Origin: Gnetum montanum
Taxonomy: Eukaryota; Plantae; Gnetophyta
DNA length: 64,000 bases
Assembly: GCA_015680685.1 (NCBI GenBank)
Contig: MNCI01002989.1
Span: 839,706-903,705, forward strand
Direction of reading: 5' to 3'
Of this stretch, positions 1-15,019 are shown in pieces (position 1 is the first letter of the stretch; each line of letters opens with the position of its first letter). Made by a program: the position numbers and the translations under genes. The notes below the pieces were generated by a model. It ran no database searches. It was not told where the DNA came from and worked only from the letters and a program-made list of their open reading frames with translations.

Positions 1-352
1 CAGCAGTAGTCATGCACAAGGTCCAAGATGTGTACGGATGATTAAGGAACGGATGCTCATCGCACTTAGGTTAGTTTATATTCTCTCTCACCCATTCTCT
101 CTCCTAGTTTAGTTGATATTATTTACTATCATCCCCAGGAGTAGCATTAGTGTAGGAACACATCATACACCTCACTCTGGACTAAACCATATGTGACAAA
201 GCTAATACTAGTCCAGGTGGGAAGACAATGAACTGTGATCTACGAGTAACCGTCTGGATACCACAACTAGTCCATCTATGGAGTTCGACTGGATCATGCG
301 TGAAACAATCGTATTCGTATGGTTGAGTGTAGGGGTACCTCACCACTCATCA
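1..352 (+). mobile_element. 3' part of an Athila-type LTR (family of elements A/C), cut by the window edge
   Basis: Reverse-complement homologue of the LTR ends at 12185 and 34365. Ends ...CACTCATCA at 352 with no PBS after it, so it is a 3' or solo LTR. Abuts copia RT sequence. Confidence 0.85.
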
Positions 353-3300
353 TGAATTAAATAAAAATTCATCAAACTTGATGTATCATTCTTGGGAAAC
401 TTGTTTTAATCCATAAAGAGACTTTTTTAGTATGTAGATATGACTAAAGATCATAGAGTCCATAAAGCCTATAGGTTAATACATAAAGATTTTTTTGTAT
501 AGATCTCCATTTAAGAAAGAAGATTTAACATCAAGTTGATATAGCTTCTAACCATAAGAAGTAGATAAGAATAAACTACACTGTATAGTTCATTGCTTTA
601 TGGTAGGTGCAAATGTCTTCTTATAATTGATATCTTTTATCTATACAAAATCTCTTATAACTAGTTGAGTCTTATATTTATTAACCATGTTATTAGGTTT
701 CTTATTTATATGAAAAGTCGATTGACTTGTTAATATTTTCATTTCTGGTGAACTCTTCACCAGTTTCCATGTATTATTTTTCATTAATATATTATATTCT
801 GGCTTCATTGCATCATACTAATCTTTATTTTAGATAGCCTCCTTCATACTCATGGATTGAATTATATCAAATATCATTTATAAATTAATCAAATTAGAAT
901 TATTTTTTGTAATAAATATTTTCCCACTTCTAAGTATTTTCATTAGCATGTATTTACATATTCCAAATTTACTAGTTGTAGGTATTTTAATTGATTTTTA
1001 AACTATTGTGGTTATTGGTATATAGAAGAATTCTTGGGATTAGAGTTCTTATTTGTACTAGCTTCTATATCATCATCTTCCTACAAGGACAAAAATGATC
1101 ATGGCTCAATCTTTGGTTTTTTGTGGATCATCGTAGGAACAATAGGAAGTCTTTGACTTACAATGTTATCTAACTTTTAAAGTAATTTATCAAATAATAT
1201 ACCATGAGATTCTAAAATTTTTTGATCTTTGATATCATAGACTTGGTAGGTCTTGTGATTTAAACAATAATTGATAAACAATTCCATCATGACCTTGGAT
1301 CCAACTTAGCATGGTGTTCTTGTGGAACATAAACATAACATGATTTTTCAAATGGATGAAGATGAGATGTTAACACATGCTTAAGATAAGATAATTTTTC
1401 AATTGGAGTGGTTTATTTCAATGTTGTAGTTAGAATACTATTAATAATGTGAACAACATTGTATGTGGCTTCTATTCATAATAGTTTTGGTACTTGCATG
1501 ATACATCTTATCATCTTTGTTATTGATCTATTCTTTTTTTTTGTAATACCATTATGTTACGGTATATATGGTAACATGAATACTTGTTTTATACCATTAT
1601 TAATATAGTAGATTTTAAACTCATTTGAAGCATACTCACTACTACTATTAGATCTTAGGATTTTTATTTTTGTATTTTCTCTATTTTAGTCCTCATTTTA
1701 AAATGCTTTCTCCAACACTTGTGATTTATGTATTAGATCATAAAGTCATCTTGTTCAATAAAATCTTCGACAAAGATTATAAATATCTTTTATTTCTTGT
1801 ACCTTGTGGTGAAATGGATTACATACATTTGAATGTATAATTTTAAGTAGTCTTAATGTTTTTATTTAATGATGTCGTGAAAAGGGTAGATGATGCATCT
1901 TTTCAATCTTACATGATTTATAATCTACTCTTGATTATCATTAAATTTAAGAATTTCATGATAAAATTATTGCATTTTCTTTAAGGTTTTAACATTCACA
2001 TGCTGAAAGCTTAAATGATACTTATTTAGTGAATCTTGATTGGATGTCACATAGATTTCTTTTAACATGATGATACACAACTCTAAATATACCATTTCAC
2101 AATACATCATAGGCCAAAATATCACCAACATGATGTATAATGCAAGAAGAAGAACCATGGTAATTTTTATCAAATTGAATACTTAAACCATCATTTTTTA
2201 ATTGATATACTAAAACCAATGTCATGCAAAATTATTTATTATAATAAACATTTTTTAGTTTTAAAGTAGAAATTGTTAATTCCTCACTTTTTGTAATCCT
2301 TATTAAATGTCCATGTTCAATGTTTATGAAGTGCAGTTTTATTTTCTTCTTTATATTTGATAATATGAATAAATTGTTGGTCAAATGTCATGAGGCACTA
2401 AAATTAATATGCACCTAATTGTTAGATGTATCATTACTATAATGAGGATATTGAAATTCATGATGGGATATTGAACCTACTCTTTTATAACATTAGTAGA
2501 TCCAAGATTTAGCTCAAGCTATTTATATTTTTCTTATTGAGTTTGTTATCCCTATTCTTAACAAATTTATTAGCCTATAATTTTATCATGAACTTGGCCT
2601 TGGGATTATTTGAATTATCATAATAATGCTTAATATAATGACTATCAACTTTCTTTAAAAAATGACAATACCTCATTATTCTTTGTCTTTTTAAATCATT
2701 TTCTACCTTCACCACCATCACTAGAAACATTTCTTCTTAATCGGAAACATATGCATTCATCTTAGCTTTTTCTTCAAAGGATTTTACACATAACTCCACT
2801 ATGGTCTATGTTCCTCCCTTACCTTTTACAACTTATCTAAAAATATGATATGATGATGGTAGTGCTCTCAATAAAAAACTTCACTATTTCATCTAACACA
2901 TGAGCATTTAGTGCTTGGAGATTGACTTGTAATGCAAAAATATTCTGTACAAATATAGCAATGGATTCATCCTCTTTCAATATTAAGGATTATAATTAAT
3001 TTTATAGGTATACAATATTAGATTTATTTTTTACTTCAAAGGTTTCTTTAAGTATCTTCTACATTTTATATGTTGAATCTTGGTTTTTTTTCCAATTGTA
3101 CAAGATCTTTGAACATGCTCAAGACTATCAAAATTTTTGCCATCTTGTTATTCTTGTTCATCATGGCACTTTTGACTAATGTTTCTTCTAGACCATTTCC
3201 TCAAAGTTGAAATCTCATCTAAAGCTTTTATATGTTTTTGTTTGATACATTTAATAGTCACCTTCAGAAAATGAGATGTAGTTTCTTACCTTCATCTTGG

Positions 3301-3494
3301 CTATATAACGTATGTGCTGTTAATTGTTAGAAGTTACTTTTTAATTCCCAAGGTTTCTCATCATCCTACATTAATACCATGTAAAATTTTTAGAATTTTG
3401 GATAAGTAAGCTTATAGCTAAATTAGATAAAAAAATAAAATCACACTATATATTTAATGTTTATCAAGTAGTGATTACTTAAGATATGTGAAAT
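353..3494 (-). mobile_element. Degenerate Ty1/copia element (gag-PR-INT-partial RT, PBS, partial 5' LTR)
   Basis: Minus-strand motifs LKKSLYGLKQ (~390-420), QLDVKSSFLNGDL (~500-540), LRSNSSSEY (integrase, ~1630-1660) and YHLSFQHVN (GAG-pre-integrase, ORF 1967-2173). Decayed Met-PBS TGGTATTAA follows an LTR end ...TTACA at 3380. Many stops. Confidence 0.85.
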
Positions 3495-4593
3495 TGAAGA
3501 TTGAGAACTTGTGAGGGGGAGGTGAAGGGGGTTAAATAAGTTCATGTCAAAAAATCAACAATTAGCATACCACAAAAGTTACATGGTTCTTCAACTTGGG
3601 TACCTTCACATTCAAAGTGTAGAATACTTACACATCTCTAGACTTTGTTGTTCAAAATGTTATTTTAAGGATACCAAAACCTATACAAGGAATTAATTAC
3701 AATAGAACCTTAGGTCTAATAAGCTCTAAGAAATTCTAGGAATGATCTCTTTCAAGAGACTCATCCAACCCCTTGGGGTTTGATCCTTAGGTATTACAAA
3801 GTGTGTGTACATACTACATCTCAAGGTAAGGAGAAAGCATAGAATGAAAATAAGGAAGGACTGAAACTAACTTTTCTAATTCCTTTCTTGAAGCACAAAG
3901 TATATATAATGATTAGATGATGATAGATAATGATTGCTTTGCTGATGATTGACAATGATAATTACTTTGAGGGATTTATTAAAACTTGAACCTACCCTAT
4001 TTTTATAGATTATTTCCTCATTTAATCATTGAACCCCTAGTAACAATAAGGTAATGATCGATCATACGAGACATTTTCTATGAATCTTGGGATGTCTTAT
4101 TGGGTTTCATCTTTAGGTAGGGAAGATGCCTTCATGGAAAAGTGGACATCTCCTATTAGAAGTAGATGTCTTATCTAGATTATAGACATCTCCTATCAAA
4201 GATATTTGTAGGCATGCAAGGCATCTATGTTATGGTGTAGATGTATTCTTTGAAGAGTAGACATTTCTTGAAGATCATGCCTCAACTCAGTGTAGACATC
4301 TTCTTAAGGCTTCAAATGTCTTCTGTATACTAGTAGACTTTAAGTAAGACATTTCATGGAAGTGTAAGACATCTCATGTGGAAGGTAGACATCTTCCAAG
4401 CTTGATAGATGTCTCCTATTCATGGGAATTTTATTGACTTGCTAAACAAGACTTCTTTGTATTTCCATGATAAATCAATGAGCTTATTCCATCTTGAATC
4501 CTTCTAAATATGACTTAATCAACTTATAAAACAAAAGATAAAGTATACATGTTTTTCATTTTACAAAGCTTTTTCACACCAAAAATATCAACA
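3495..4593 (-). repeat. Sirevirus 3' LTR with decayed AGACGTCT palindrome array
   Basis: Starts TGTTGATATTTTTGG on the minus strand after the PPT. About a dozen AGACATCT/AGATGTCT-like motifs at ~4065-4415. TATA-like at ~4000. Confidence 0.75.
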
Positions 4594-5059
4594 ATATTTT
4601 CCTTTTTGATGATGTTCAAAACTTAGAAAATGGATTAGAATTGAAAAATTATTGAAAGATATTTGAGACTTAAATCAATAAAAAATATGAAAATTGAAAT
4701 TTATATGGTATTATAAATATAAAAAATGTATTATTGAATTAATTTAATACATGTAGAAAAAAGGGAAGGGATAGAATGAGATAAGGAAAAGCATTTAAAG
4801 CTCATTTGCATAGATCTCCAAGCATAAATTCCAAGCTTTGTCACTATCCATAAGTCATATAGAAACCACAAGAGTTGTCCAAAATAACTATCCATAGTTA
4901 CAAAAAATTAGTATCCCTAATAAAAAATGTGGCCATACATATCTATACAAAAATTGCCACTACATACATAAAAATGTCTAATTTACATACATAAGCTAGT
5001 TCCCATGATCATATAAATACTAGCCACATAACTACTTTTCAAAAATCATCCAAAAGAGG

Positions 5060-6715
5060 TGATTAGTCACTAAGCTTAGTATTGTCCTCTAAATTTGAAG
5101 TAGCACCAATATACTTATAAGGCTCTTCCTCATCATCATTAGTGTTGGCAATAGACTTGACAACTTACTCCACATCATCATCATCATCATCTAATGGGAT
5201 TTCAACTAGAGCATGTTTGGAATGGAGCTTTACCTAAAAATGGATGAGAATAGAAATACTAGCATGGAAGGAAGCTTTCCTAAATGAATATGGAGTGCCT
5301 TGGTACTCCTAAGTCTTAGGAATATCTAGCTCCCAATGAGCTGTAATATTAAAAATGCTATCCATGACCTATTGCTCTAAAGACTATAAAGCCTCATCAG
5401 GATGAAAGTATATGGAGAGTCTTCTTGATGACTCCTCCAAAAAAATTGGATCTTGAAATGTCAACTATATCCCATGAATGGAGTCCTCCTCATGCCTCCC
5501 CTAAGCATATGTTGGAGCTCTTGCAAGCTTCTTTGAGTCTGAAGCATTTCCAAAGTTATAAGCTCTAGATGATCCTACTATTGTTGAAGGTTGAATAAGA
5601 TCTAAATCATCATCACTCTTTATCTAATGTGTAGTTATAATCTCCTAAAACTATGGAGCATCTACCATCAAGGAAGGAATACTTATTGAATTAAGGAATT
5701 TGAGATGTTTAAGAGGTCCTTGTCAATCTTCCCAATAGCCTTGATAATGAAATAGAACATCTTCTTCACTAATTAACTAGCATGAGTATCAATTGAATTG
5801 GATCTAAAATGTTATATAGGAACATGTCTAGAGGCTGGTGCATAAGAAGATGAAGGTCTTAGTAGCTTAGTGTGTGTAGAACCTAGCTTCTCAAAATACT
5901 CTCCTAATCTCCTCTTACCCTTGAGAATGAACAAGTCAATAATAAGGACACTTTCCTAGCATACAATGAGACTGATCAACAATGGATAGCCAAAGATGTG
6001 TAAGCATGTGTAAATCCACAATATGTCATGGTAGATAATGTGGCCTAAGTTGAGAGGCTACCTTATTAAAATGAAATATAGAAACAATGCCTAGGATGGA
6101 AGAAGATAGTTATAAATGCCATCACCAATGATTATTTTATGCAAGACAATTAGTGAAAGGATGGAAGCATCTTGAGATTTATTTTTCAATGTGCCCATAT
6201 ACTATGCAAAGACATTTATTTCCTAAAATAAGATTCAAAAAATTCATCATGGAAAATTAGAATAATTTCATTGCTGAGTATATTATTAAATGTATTAATG
6301 ATAACGTGATATACTTAAGCACTTGTGCTACTTAACAAATCATTTACGATAGAGGAAGATACTTGAATCATAACTTCTTTGTCCATAGTAGTGAACATCC
6401 AAAAAAGAACATTAGTAATAACAACATTGTAAAATAACTCATGAATCAAAACATCTAGAATTCTAACATTCATTGTAATAAAAGTAACCTAGCCTAGAAA
6501 CTTAAAGTATGCAAGTAAATGACATTGGTGTTCCTATCTACAACATAGACTATGCTTAGTGATGATAGATATGGACTTGTAATTTTCAAACCTATGCTTA
6601 GTATCTAAAGATAGAAGATGAGGATGATAGGATCTTGACCTAGCTTTAGATGATCCCTTTTGGTCTTGGACTTATGTGAAAGATTGCATGATGTTTCTTC
6701 CTTGTCTGACACCAT
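5060..6715 (-). pseudogene. env-like / extra ORF of the Sirevirus (decayed)
   Basis: Candidate ATG at 6715. LIHELFYN (~6430-6450) resembles the LVREFY motif of plant retroelement extra ORFs. Acidic DDDDD C-terminal part. Lies between RNase H and PPT. Ends approximate. Confidence 0.55.
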
Positions 6716-9700
6716 GAATCTAAGCTCAAATAATTGGATGAAACAACTGAAACTAAGAGCCTTGGTCATCTATTAGAAGATATCTATGTAGATCAAGTTA
6801 AGAATGACACTTGATAAGGGTTAAAAAAGGATAATATAGAGCTCAAGGTTAGAAATGACATCTCCAAAAAAGTTTAAACATGTTGGATAGATGTCTTTTA
6901 ATCAAAGTAGGCATCTTGGTTGAATTAGACTAAAAATAGAGTATTCATCTTTGGCTCAAAGTAGGTACCTCTAACATAGAAGAGCTAAACTATCTAAGGA
7001 TGGGACATCTTGAAAAATAGGAAGACATCTCTGCAAAATTGGAATTTTAGACATGAGAAGGGATATTTCAGAGTGATGAAATCAAGGATAAATATGGAGC
7101 ATTTTTGGGGTTAAGAATGCCTCATATTTAGAGCTGTCAATGAAATAATAAAACAAATAAAATGCACTAAAAGATAACCTAAATTATCTTATCCTAAGGA
7201 AGAGAGGTTGTAGAACATGCCTTACTTTCATAATAGGACAAGGTTTTTTTCCCATATTTTTACATAATAATACAAGTATTCTTTCATCTAGAGGCTTGGC
7301 AAATGCATTAGCTAGTTGAACCTTTCTTCTAACATACTCAAGTTGAATGTGCCCAAGTTAAACATGATCCTTGATGAAATGATACCTGATTTCAATGTGA
7401 TTTGTCATAGAATGTTGAATTGGATTTTTTGTCATGTTTATGATACTACTATTATCATAGTAGATTGACATGTTAGATGCCTTAATACTAAGATTCTTGA
7501 ATGTTTCTTTAATTTATAGTATTTGAGGACAACACCTACTAGCTAATATGTATTCAAGCTCTACTATAAAAAGATTTGTAGAGGTTTATTTCTTTCTTGT
7601 CCAAGAAATAATACATCTTTTAATGAAAAAGTAGCTTCCACTCATGCTCCTTCTATCATTCGAGCATCCTACCCAATCTACAGCATAATACTTAGCAAGA
7701 TCAAGTGTGGAGTTCTTTAGATATCAAAGTTCCAGTTTAGTAGTATCTTTTAAATAATGAAAAATCTATTTTATAGATTTTAAATGACATTTCCTAAGAT
7801 TATTTTGATATCTACCATATATGTATATACTAAGAGTTGTATTAGGCCTACTTACTATCAAATAAAGTAAACTACCAAGACTATGATTAGTTGTAGAAGA
7901 TTCCAAGAACTGTTAGTTATATCTTACTTATCAAGTTTTAGTTATTGTTTTTCTATTTAATTTAAGAGATGAACATATTGATAGTAGGTTTCACTCAAGG
8001 ATTTAGACCTTGAAAGTCATAACATTCTTATGACGCTAGGTTTTGATGATAAATGATCATGACTTTAGGTTATGATACCCTCATGAAATGGTTGTAGTTG
8101 AGATTTGCATAGGAATATAAGTTGTGTTTTAGTTGTGCCATGGTCACACTAGTAGCTATAAGATTTTTTTAATAATTCCTCAACTATAGTAGGGCTATGG
8201 TAGGATTATGACCTCAAAATAGATAATCAAAAGATGCAACATTCTTGCTATAAGATCATGCCAATTTCTGTCCATATTTTTTTCATAGATTTAGATCACA
8301 AAGTGAGTTGTTGTGGATCCAATATTAGCTTGCAAAGATGACCAAGAAGTCATGTAAAATGCACCAAGGTCATAATCTAGCAAAAACTAAGAAATGCAAG
8401 GGAAGCATGAGTCATGCTAGGGTCATGACCAATGTAAGGGAAATAATAAATAATTACTATTGATCATAGTACAATGAATAGATGATTCAAGGACATAAGA
8501 TAGACCAAGTAGGTCTTATATTTAACCTATGCATTGATGATGTTCATGGTGAAGGATTAGTTACTTTGTTATTTCTCACATGTAATGATTATGTTTGTTA
8601 TCATGGTTATGTTTATGAGCTAAATGAATGAGTTGGTTATGTGTTGATCTACTTTGTATATGGGCTTGATAAGATGTATAGTTAAGATTATGATATAAGG
8701 TTATGAGGATTTATCATGTGGCTAGTTATTATGTTGTGGATATTATAAGCTATGTATGGGATGACACATGAAACACTAGTTGCTTATGATCATTATTTAG
8801 ATATGATGTGTCATGTTTTTAATGATATTAACAATTCATGTTTATGTGTTTGTGTTTATGTGGTAGTGAAGTTGACATGAGAGTATGGACTAGTTAGTGA
8901 TGTGACATCTTAGAAGAGTTGGAATAATTCCACTATGATGCATTAGTGAGGCTCCTATCTTAGGGATCAAGCAGAGAGTAGAAGAGTAAAGGTTGGGCCT
9001 ATGACTGATATAAGATCTTGGGGCATTTTTTCATGCATAGTACTACCCTCTAAAAGGTTAGAGGTGTGGGGTTGTAGATAAGGTAGTAGGCACTAGTATT
9101 GGAATTGAATTAAGTAATTGCAAAATTAATAAAGGATATATAGAAAATTATAGTAACTTAAGTACTCATTCCCATTATATCATGCTTATAGTAATTGTGG
9201 ATGTGTTAGCTGCTACAAGGGCTAAGTGATTATGTTATGCACTGTGGAATTATGATTTCTTAGGATACTAGTTAGCATGTTACATGTTTGTATTTGTGAT
9301 AGTATTTGATGTTATATAATAGATCCATGAATATGTTTTTTTATGTAGGTATGACTATAATAATTAGTCTTGATATGCTATTATGGTGCATTATGCATGA
9401 TGTTTAGGTGTTGATGAGGATAGCTAGTATGATAGGTTTTTTATATAAGGGTTTAGTACTATGGGTGGTGCATTTAATGTAATTATGATTATTTGACATG
9501 ATATGCTTAGTATTTTTTTAGATGCGTTAGCCTTATTGTAGGTTTCTCGGTATACCTCACACCTCTTCTTCAACATAACATTAAACTTCCTGTTCATAGA
9601 AGATGAGTAAATGCTTCCACTTAGTCTTGTATTGATTTCATTTATATGCAAGTGATAGATTTGAATAGGAGTCTAATGAGCCCCATGAAAATGATAGAGG

Positions 9701-12184
9701 ACTTGGTTCATGTTATTATTTATATTCATATATATCTTTGTTAGTGAGATGAACTTATTTTTTGATGGTACTAGCTTAGATAGTTCATGAGCTATGATAT
9801 TTTTGTATAGAACATATGATGTACATATTAATAGGATCTATGTTGGATGTATTGACTACTATTATGTGATATGCATACATATCTAATGGATAGTTTGGTA
9901 TCTATGCTTAATAGATGGCTTGATGATATGCTATTATGATGATGAACTATATCATGATATAAATTTATACTAGCATTGGTTAACTCTATTATCCCATACT
10001 TTGGTCTAGTTTCACATGAGATTTTTATTGAGTGGTTTATGATTTTCACTATGTTTGTGCATTCCACTTATGTGTCTTATGTGCTTTGACTCTAACATAC
10101 ATTACAATTTGGTTCATTTCTATGCTTGACTTGATTTGGATGGCAAGATGTTACATAGTAGCATTGAAGCTACTTACTTTGATTGAGATAGGATGTGTGG
10201 TACTTACCTATGTGATTGTAGGTATAAAGTATGTTATGAAGGTAGAGATTAGGTGGTAGAGGTCATCCCACTAATAAGAATCATGTATGTCTAAGTACAT
10301 AGGCTAAGACAATGGTAGTTAGTTAGGGATAGTTAGTGAGTACAAGGCCAATGATGTATAGATGAACATTTTTTGGATAGATGATGCATCTACTTCAAGA
10401 GTTTATGACTAGGATAGGTACTACTTCACCTCCTCTTATAGTCATTAGGAAGGTTGAAGTGGTGGATAGTTGCCAAAAAAATTAATAGTGGTAGTGGTAA
10501 TGATGCAAATGCTAGGCATAATAGGAAGATAACCAAATAGTCTATTAATAGAAAGATGGTTGAGTGGTTCCACAAATAGGTTCTTCTTACATTCTTAGGT
10601 ATAGAGGATCCCACTACAATAATAGAGTATCTAGAGGAGCTAAGAAATACATTTGATTTGAAGAATATACTTCAACATAATAGAAAACATTAGTAGCTTA
10701 TTAATTAAAAAATACTACTAAATGTTGGTAGAGGTATGAGAAGTAGATTAAAGGTTGGGTAAGACAAGAGGTTTCATGGATAGATTTCATATTTTTCTTA
10801 AATTATAGATACATTTCTACCTAGTATGTCTAGGTCAAGAAGGAGTTCGATAGATTATATTAGGGTAGTTGATCTAAGAGAGAGTATGATGTTCAATTTG
10901 TAGAACTTAGTATCTATCTGACCAAGCCAATGGGGTGAATAAATCTTTTAGAGACCTTTCCCAATCTTGAAGTATCATCTCTTATCTCTTCAGGTCACTT
11001 CTTATGATGATGTATGTAAGGTAGTCATAGATTTGAAGAGAAATCTAATTCAGGATGTAGTTTGAGAGGGACATAGGTAGAGATAGAAGAGAGGATAATT
11101 ATTTAGAGGGATATATAGTTCTTTCAAATAGGATCAAGAAGAATATGATAATAATAGATAGGATGATGGCCAACAACAGCTAGTAGCTAGTAATGCTACT
11201 CATCCTATAGGATATGAATCCCTACTTATGTATTATAGATGTGGATAGTCTCATCATATCTAGAGGAATTCTCTAAATTGGTATACATGTGGATAGTTAG
11301 AACATCAGGCTAGAGAGTACTTGAAGTAGACATGGGGTTATGAATTAGTGAGTGGATGTGAAGCTCTCCCTTGACAAGCTAGTAACACAAGATAGAGAGC
11401 CCAAGGTTAGCATTATGTTCTAATGGACTAGGCATTAGATGTGTAGTCCAACATAGTTATGGTAATAGAAAATATGATCTTAGACCTTCATGTATCAATT
11501 TTATTTTATCCTTGTACTAGTCATTCATTTGTTAGCCTTAGTATCATATCTCAGGTATCTCTCCCATGTTATGATCTTCATCCAAGGTATCTCTCCCATG
11601 TCATGAGTAAATTGGTTATTTGGATATGTACCAATGATATTATAGGATAGATAGTGGAATAGTGATTTATATGTAATCAATATTGGTTAGTATGATGTCA
11701 TCTTGGACATGGAATAACTATCATAGTTTAATGTCAAGTTGGAATATTACCAAAAACATTAGGATTATAGATAGATAATTGTGAGTAGATAGAAAATTAG
11801 ACTATATCTAGATCAATTTTCTTAGATTTGATGTCATCCAAAGTAGTTTGAAAGTTGTTTCAAAAGAGGCATAGCTATTGCATGGCATTAGTGTACCATG
11901 CAGAAGTAGTAGAGTTAGATTATGTCTTGTAGTTTAAAAGTTTCTAGATGTGTTTTATAATAAGTTGCTTGGTTTTCCATCCAAGAAAGAGGTAGAATTT
12001 AAAAATTGATTCTTATCCAAGTACAGAGTCTATCTCGAAGCTCTTCATAGGCTATCAATAGTTAAGTTGGCTAAGGTGAAGGTCTAGTTATAAGAGCTAA
12101 AGAATAAGGGCTTAATTCATTTTAGTACTTCTTCATGAGGTGCTTCCATGTTATTGGTGTCGGAGAACAATTGAAGTATGTAGT

Positions 12185-13075
12185 TGATGAGTAGCTAGGT
12201 ACCCCTAGGCTCAACCATACGAATATGAGCATTCATGCACGATTCGGTCGAACTTCGTGGATAGGCTAGTTGTGGTATCTAGATCATTACATGTTGATTG
12301 CAGTTCGCTATCTTCCCACCTGGATTAGTATTTGCTTTGTCACTTATGGTTTAGTCCAGAGTGAGGTGTATGATGTGATCCTAACTAATGCTACTCCTAA
12401 AGACAATGGAAAATAATCTTGGTTAAACTAATGAGTAATAGGAAATGAGGTCTAAGCTAACCTAAGTGTGATGAGCATCTGTTCCTTAATCATCCGTACA
12501 CATCTTGGACCTCGTGCACGACTACTACTGGGGTTACCAAGCATAGATCCTAGGTATGCTTCTAGGTGACCAAGTAGTCACACTTGAATGCTCGTGATTA
12601 AGTCGTACTCATTCCACATTTAACAATAGGAATAGTAAATGACGATAAAGAAATATTAACTAAGAGAACAATAAATAACAATAACAATTAACAATAATAA
12701 TTAAACTATTAAAACTAAGTGAATGCTACAATGATGAAGTAATCTCGATCTTTATTTCCAGTCATGTGCACGTCCAAGTACGTCACACTCAAATAAAGAT
12801 GCTGTACAATTACAAGCATCACACTACGAGCATGCACTTGAGAAAATAATCTAACTTCTATGAAAACAAAATGCAAGGGCTTCGCTACAACTACTCGAAG
12901 CCTTCCTAAATGAGACGAAAGGCCCTCTTATTTATAGGTTGGGAGAGGCAGCTATGTAAAAGGGGCCACATCGATGCAGGAAGGCTGCATCGACGGGGCC
13001 GTGTCGACGCGACCACATATACGGGGCCCTATATATGTGGGCTAGTTGACGCATCTACTATATAGCACTTCATCA
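12185..13075 (-). repeat. 3' LTR of element A
   Basis: Direct repeat of 17024-17900. PPT adjacent at 13076-13110. GTCGAC-type palindromes at ~12965-13055. Confidence 0.93.
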
Positions 13076-13239
13076 TACCCCCACGACTGAGTAAAAACTT
13101 GTCCTCGAGTCAAAGAAAGTGAGGAACAAGCTCAATTGAATACACAGTGGATATGTATGGGATTATTGACTGACTAGAAATTTATTCATGCCACAGTGGA
13201 GAATTAAACAGACTTTGGACACAGACACAAAAGAAAAAA

Positions 13240-13687
13240 CTTGTGGAATGCATGGGGTTCCCAGTAGTGGTGGATCCTCCATGGGTGCCTTTCCTTTGTT
13301 TTGTACATCAGGCTTCTAAGATTGATACCATTGAAGAAGTACCTAATGTTTCTCCTCTTCTATTTGAGGATTATGAGCCATCCATGCTGATGTTCCAATA
13401 TTTGATTGAGTTGGCACTTTTCATGGACACGGCAGCTTTGGGAACACTTGATTGGCCTTGACATGCCATGCTACACATAGCCATCGTTCCTCTTCATAGG
13501 CTCGGGCCTCGACCTCTCCTCCCTTTGCTTGGATAGATTATGCAGTAACAGGAGTTTCATGATGGATGCTGAATGATTGCCTTCTGCTTTGCATGTTCTG
13601 CATGAGGTCCCTGGCCTCTGCCTTCCCTAGGTCATTTGGTTGCACCATGAGAAGGTCCTCCTTGTTGTCTTCCTTTGGGGGCCATCT
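13240..13687 (-). pseudogene. 3' ORF remnant of element A (MAPKGRQQGGPS...KGKAPMEDPP)
   Basis: Start and end are homologous to the longer 3' ORF of element C. ATG directly follows an acceptor-like TGTGATTATAG. Confidence 0.55.
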
Positions 13688-15019
13688 ATAATCACACAAA
13701 GATCAATTGTTAGCAAGGTTATTGAAAAAATTTTAATGATTTCATACCTTACTCATTACCTTTAATAAATTTTGCATTCTTTACTTAGTGTGAATTTAGA
13801 GTTAGATATTTTTCAAGGAAGTTTCCCTAAAAGTTTAATGTTAAACCTGGTTTTGAGGAACGTTGGATAAAATGATGACAAAGGAAAGAATAGATTTGGC
13901 AATGAAGTACTCGGAGGGTATAAGATGATGTGGTGGCCTACAACAAGTATAAATTACAAAAGTCACATAAGTGGGTCCTCCCCAAAGCAAGTTCCAACCT
14001 ATATACCCTTGCGTAACCACACCTTAAGATGTCCATAGGCATTAGAAGGGTTAAATGTAATCTATACTGATGCAACAAAACACACACATGTTGATATGAC
14101 GATGAGGTATGAATTGAATGCTATACAAGACACGAGTCACAAATACATGAACACCAAGATGGAATGAATTGGAGAAGGGATTGCAGAGATTAGGACATGA
14201 GGTAACTGACGTAGGGCACAATGAATCCTACGTGTAAAGCATGATTAAGTGTCATTAACCTGTTGTTCCAAGATCAGGACCAAGTCCATTCCTCTAATCA
14301 GTGATATCGCATTGTTTCATCCCATGATGAACAACTACGAGAGTACCATAACAACAAGGCGTACGATCACTTGGCATTTTGTTCAAGGGAGGAGTTATTT
14401 TTGTTTTGTGGCACTTCATTTTTCTTTTTCTTTTTCTCTTTCTTTTTTTTTTTTTTCACTTCACTGAATCCAGAGAAATCGCCAACCTTTAGGCATGGGT
14501 GCATGTCTTTCCAGTGGGACCCCCTAGAATAGTATTTGATTTTTGAGTGCCCTTTTGATTACTCTTACTCCCATTTTTCATTAGATCTACAAGGATCTTA
14601 GTATAACCATGTTGCATGATAACTCCCATAGACGTCACCAAAGAGAATCCACAAGTACCCTTGATGTCACATCCTAATCATTCCCTCTTGGTCCATCATT
14701 TTTCACTTTGGGCACAATGAACACAAAATTAATTTTAAGTTTCAAGAATGTCAAGAATATCACTGTACCCTCAAACAAAACCTCTTATTTGTAGAATGGA
14801 TGAGTGGGTGCAATGGGATCATTGTCCAAATAATTGATTGTTGAGACTCGATAACATAGAACACACCTCAATCAACGATCCACATGAGTGTTTTATTCGT
14901 AGATGAGATTACTTACAAAAAGATAAAAAGAAAAAAAGATAAAACAATAAATTAAAAGGTGAAAAAATGGAAAAGAAAAAGTTGAAAAATTAAAGAAACA
15001 ACAAAACATTTATTAATTC

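Larger units (their letters stand above)
3495..7878 (-). mobile_element. Sirevirus (SIRE-type copia) remnant: RT end/RNase H, env-like ORF, PPT, 3' LTR
   Basis: GSLLYLIVSRP, DRRSMSG, PIQHSMTNHIEIRYHF and QLANAFAKPLD at ~7280-7878. About 2.6 kb between RNase H and LTR. PPT-LTR junction resembles CATCAAAAAGGGGGAGATTGTT at ~4590-4615. C-rich LTR 3' end at ~3512-3535. Confidence 0.8.

Noticed and set aside
14249-14467. Conserved plus-strand ORF in A and C (also 31727-31999) as an antisense gene
   Set aside because: Explained by high nucleotide identity of the spacer. Non-ATG starts and poly-T-derived Phe tails.
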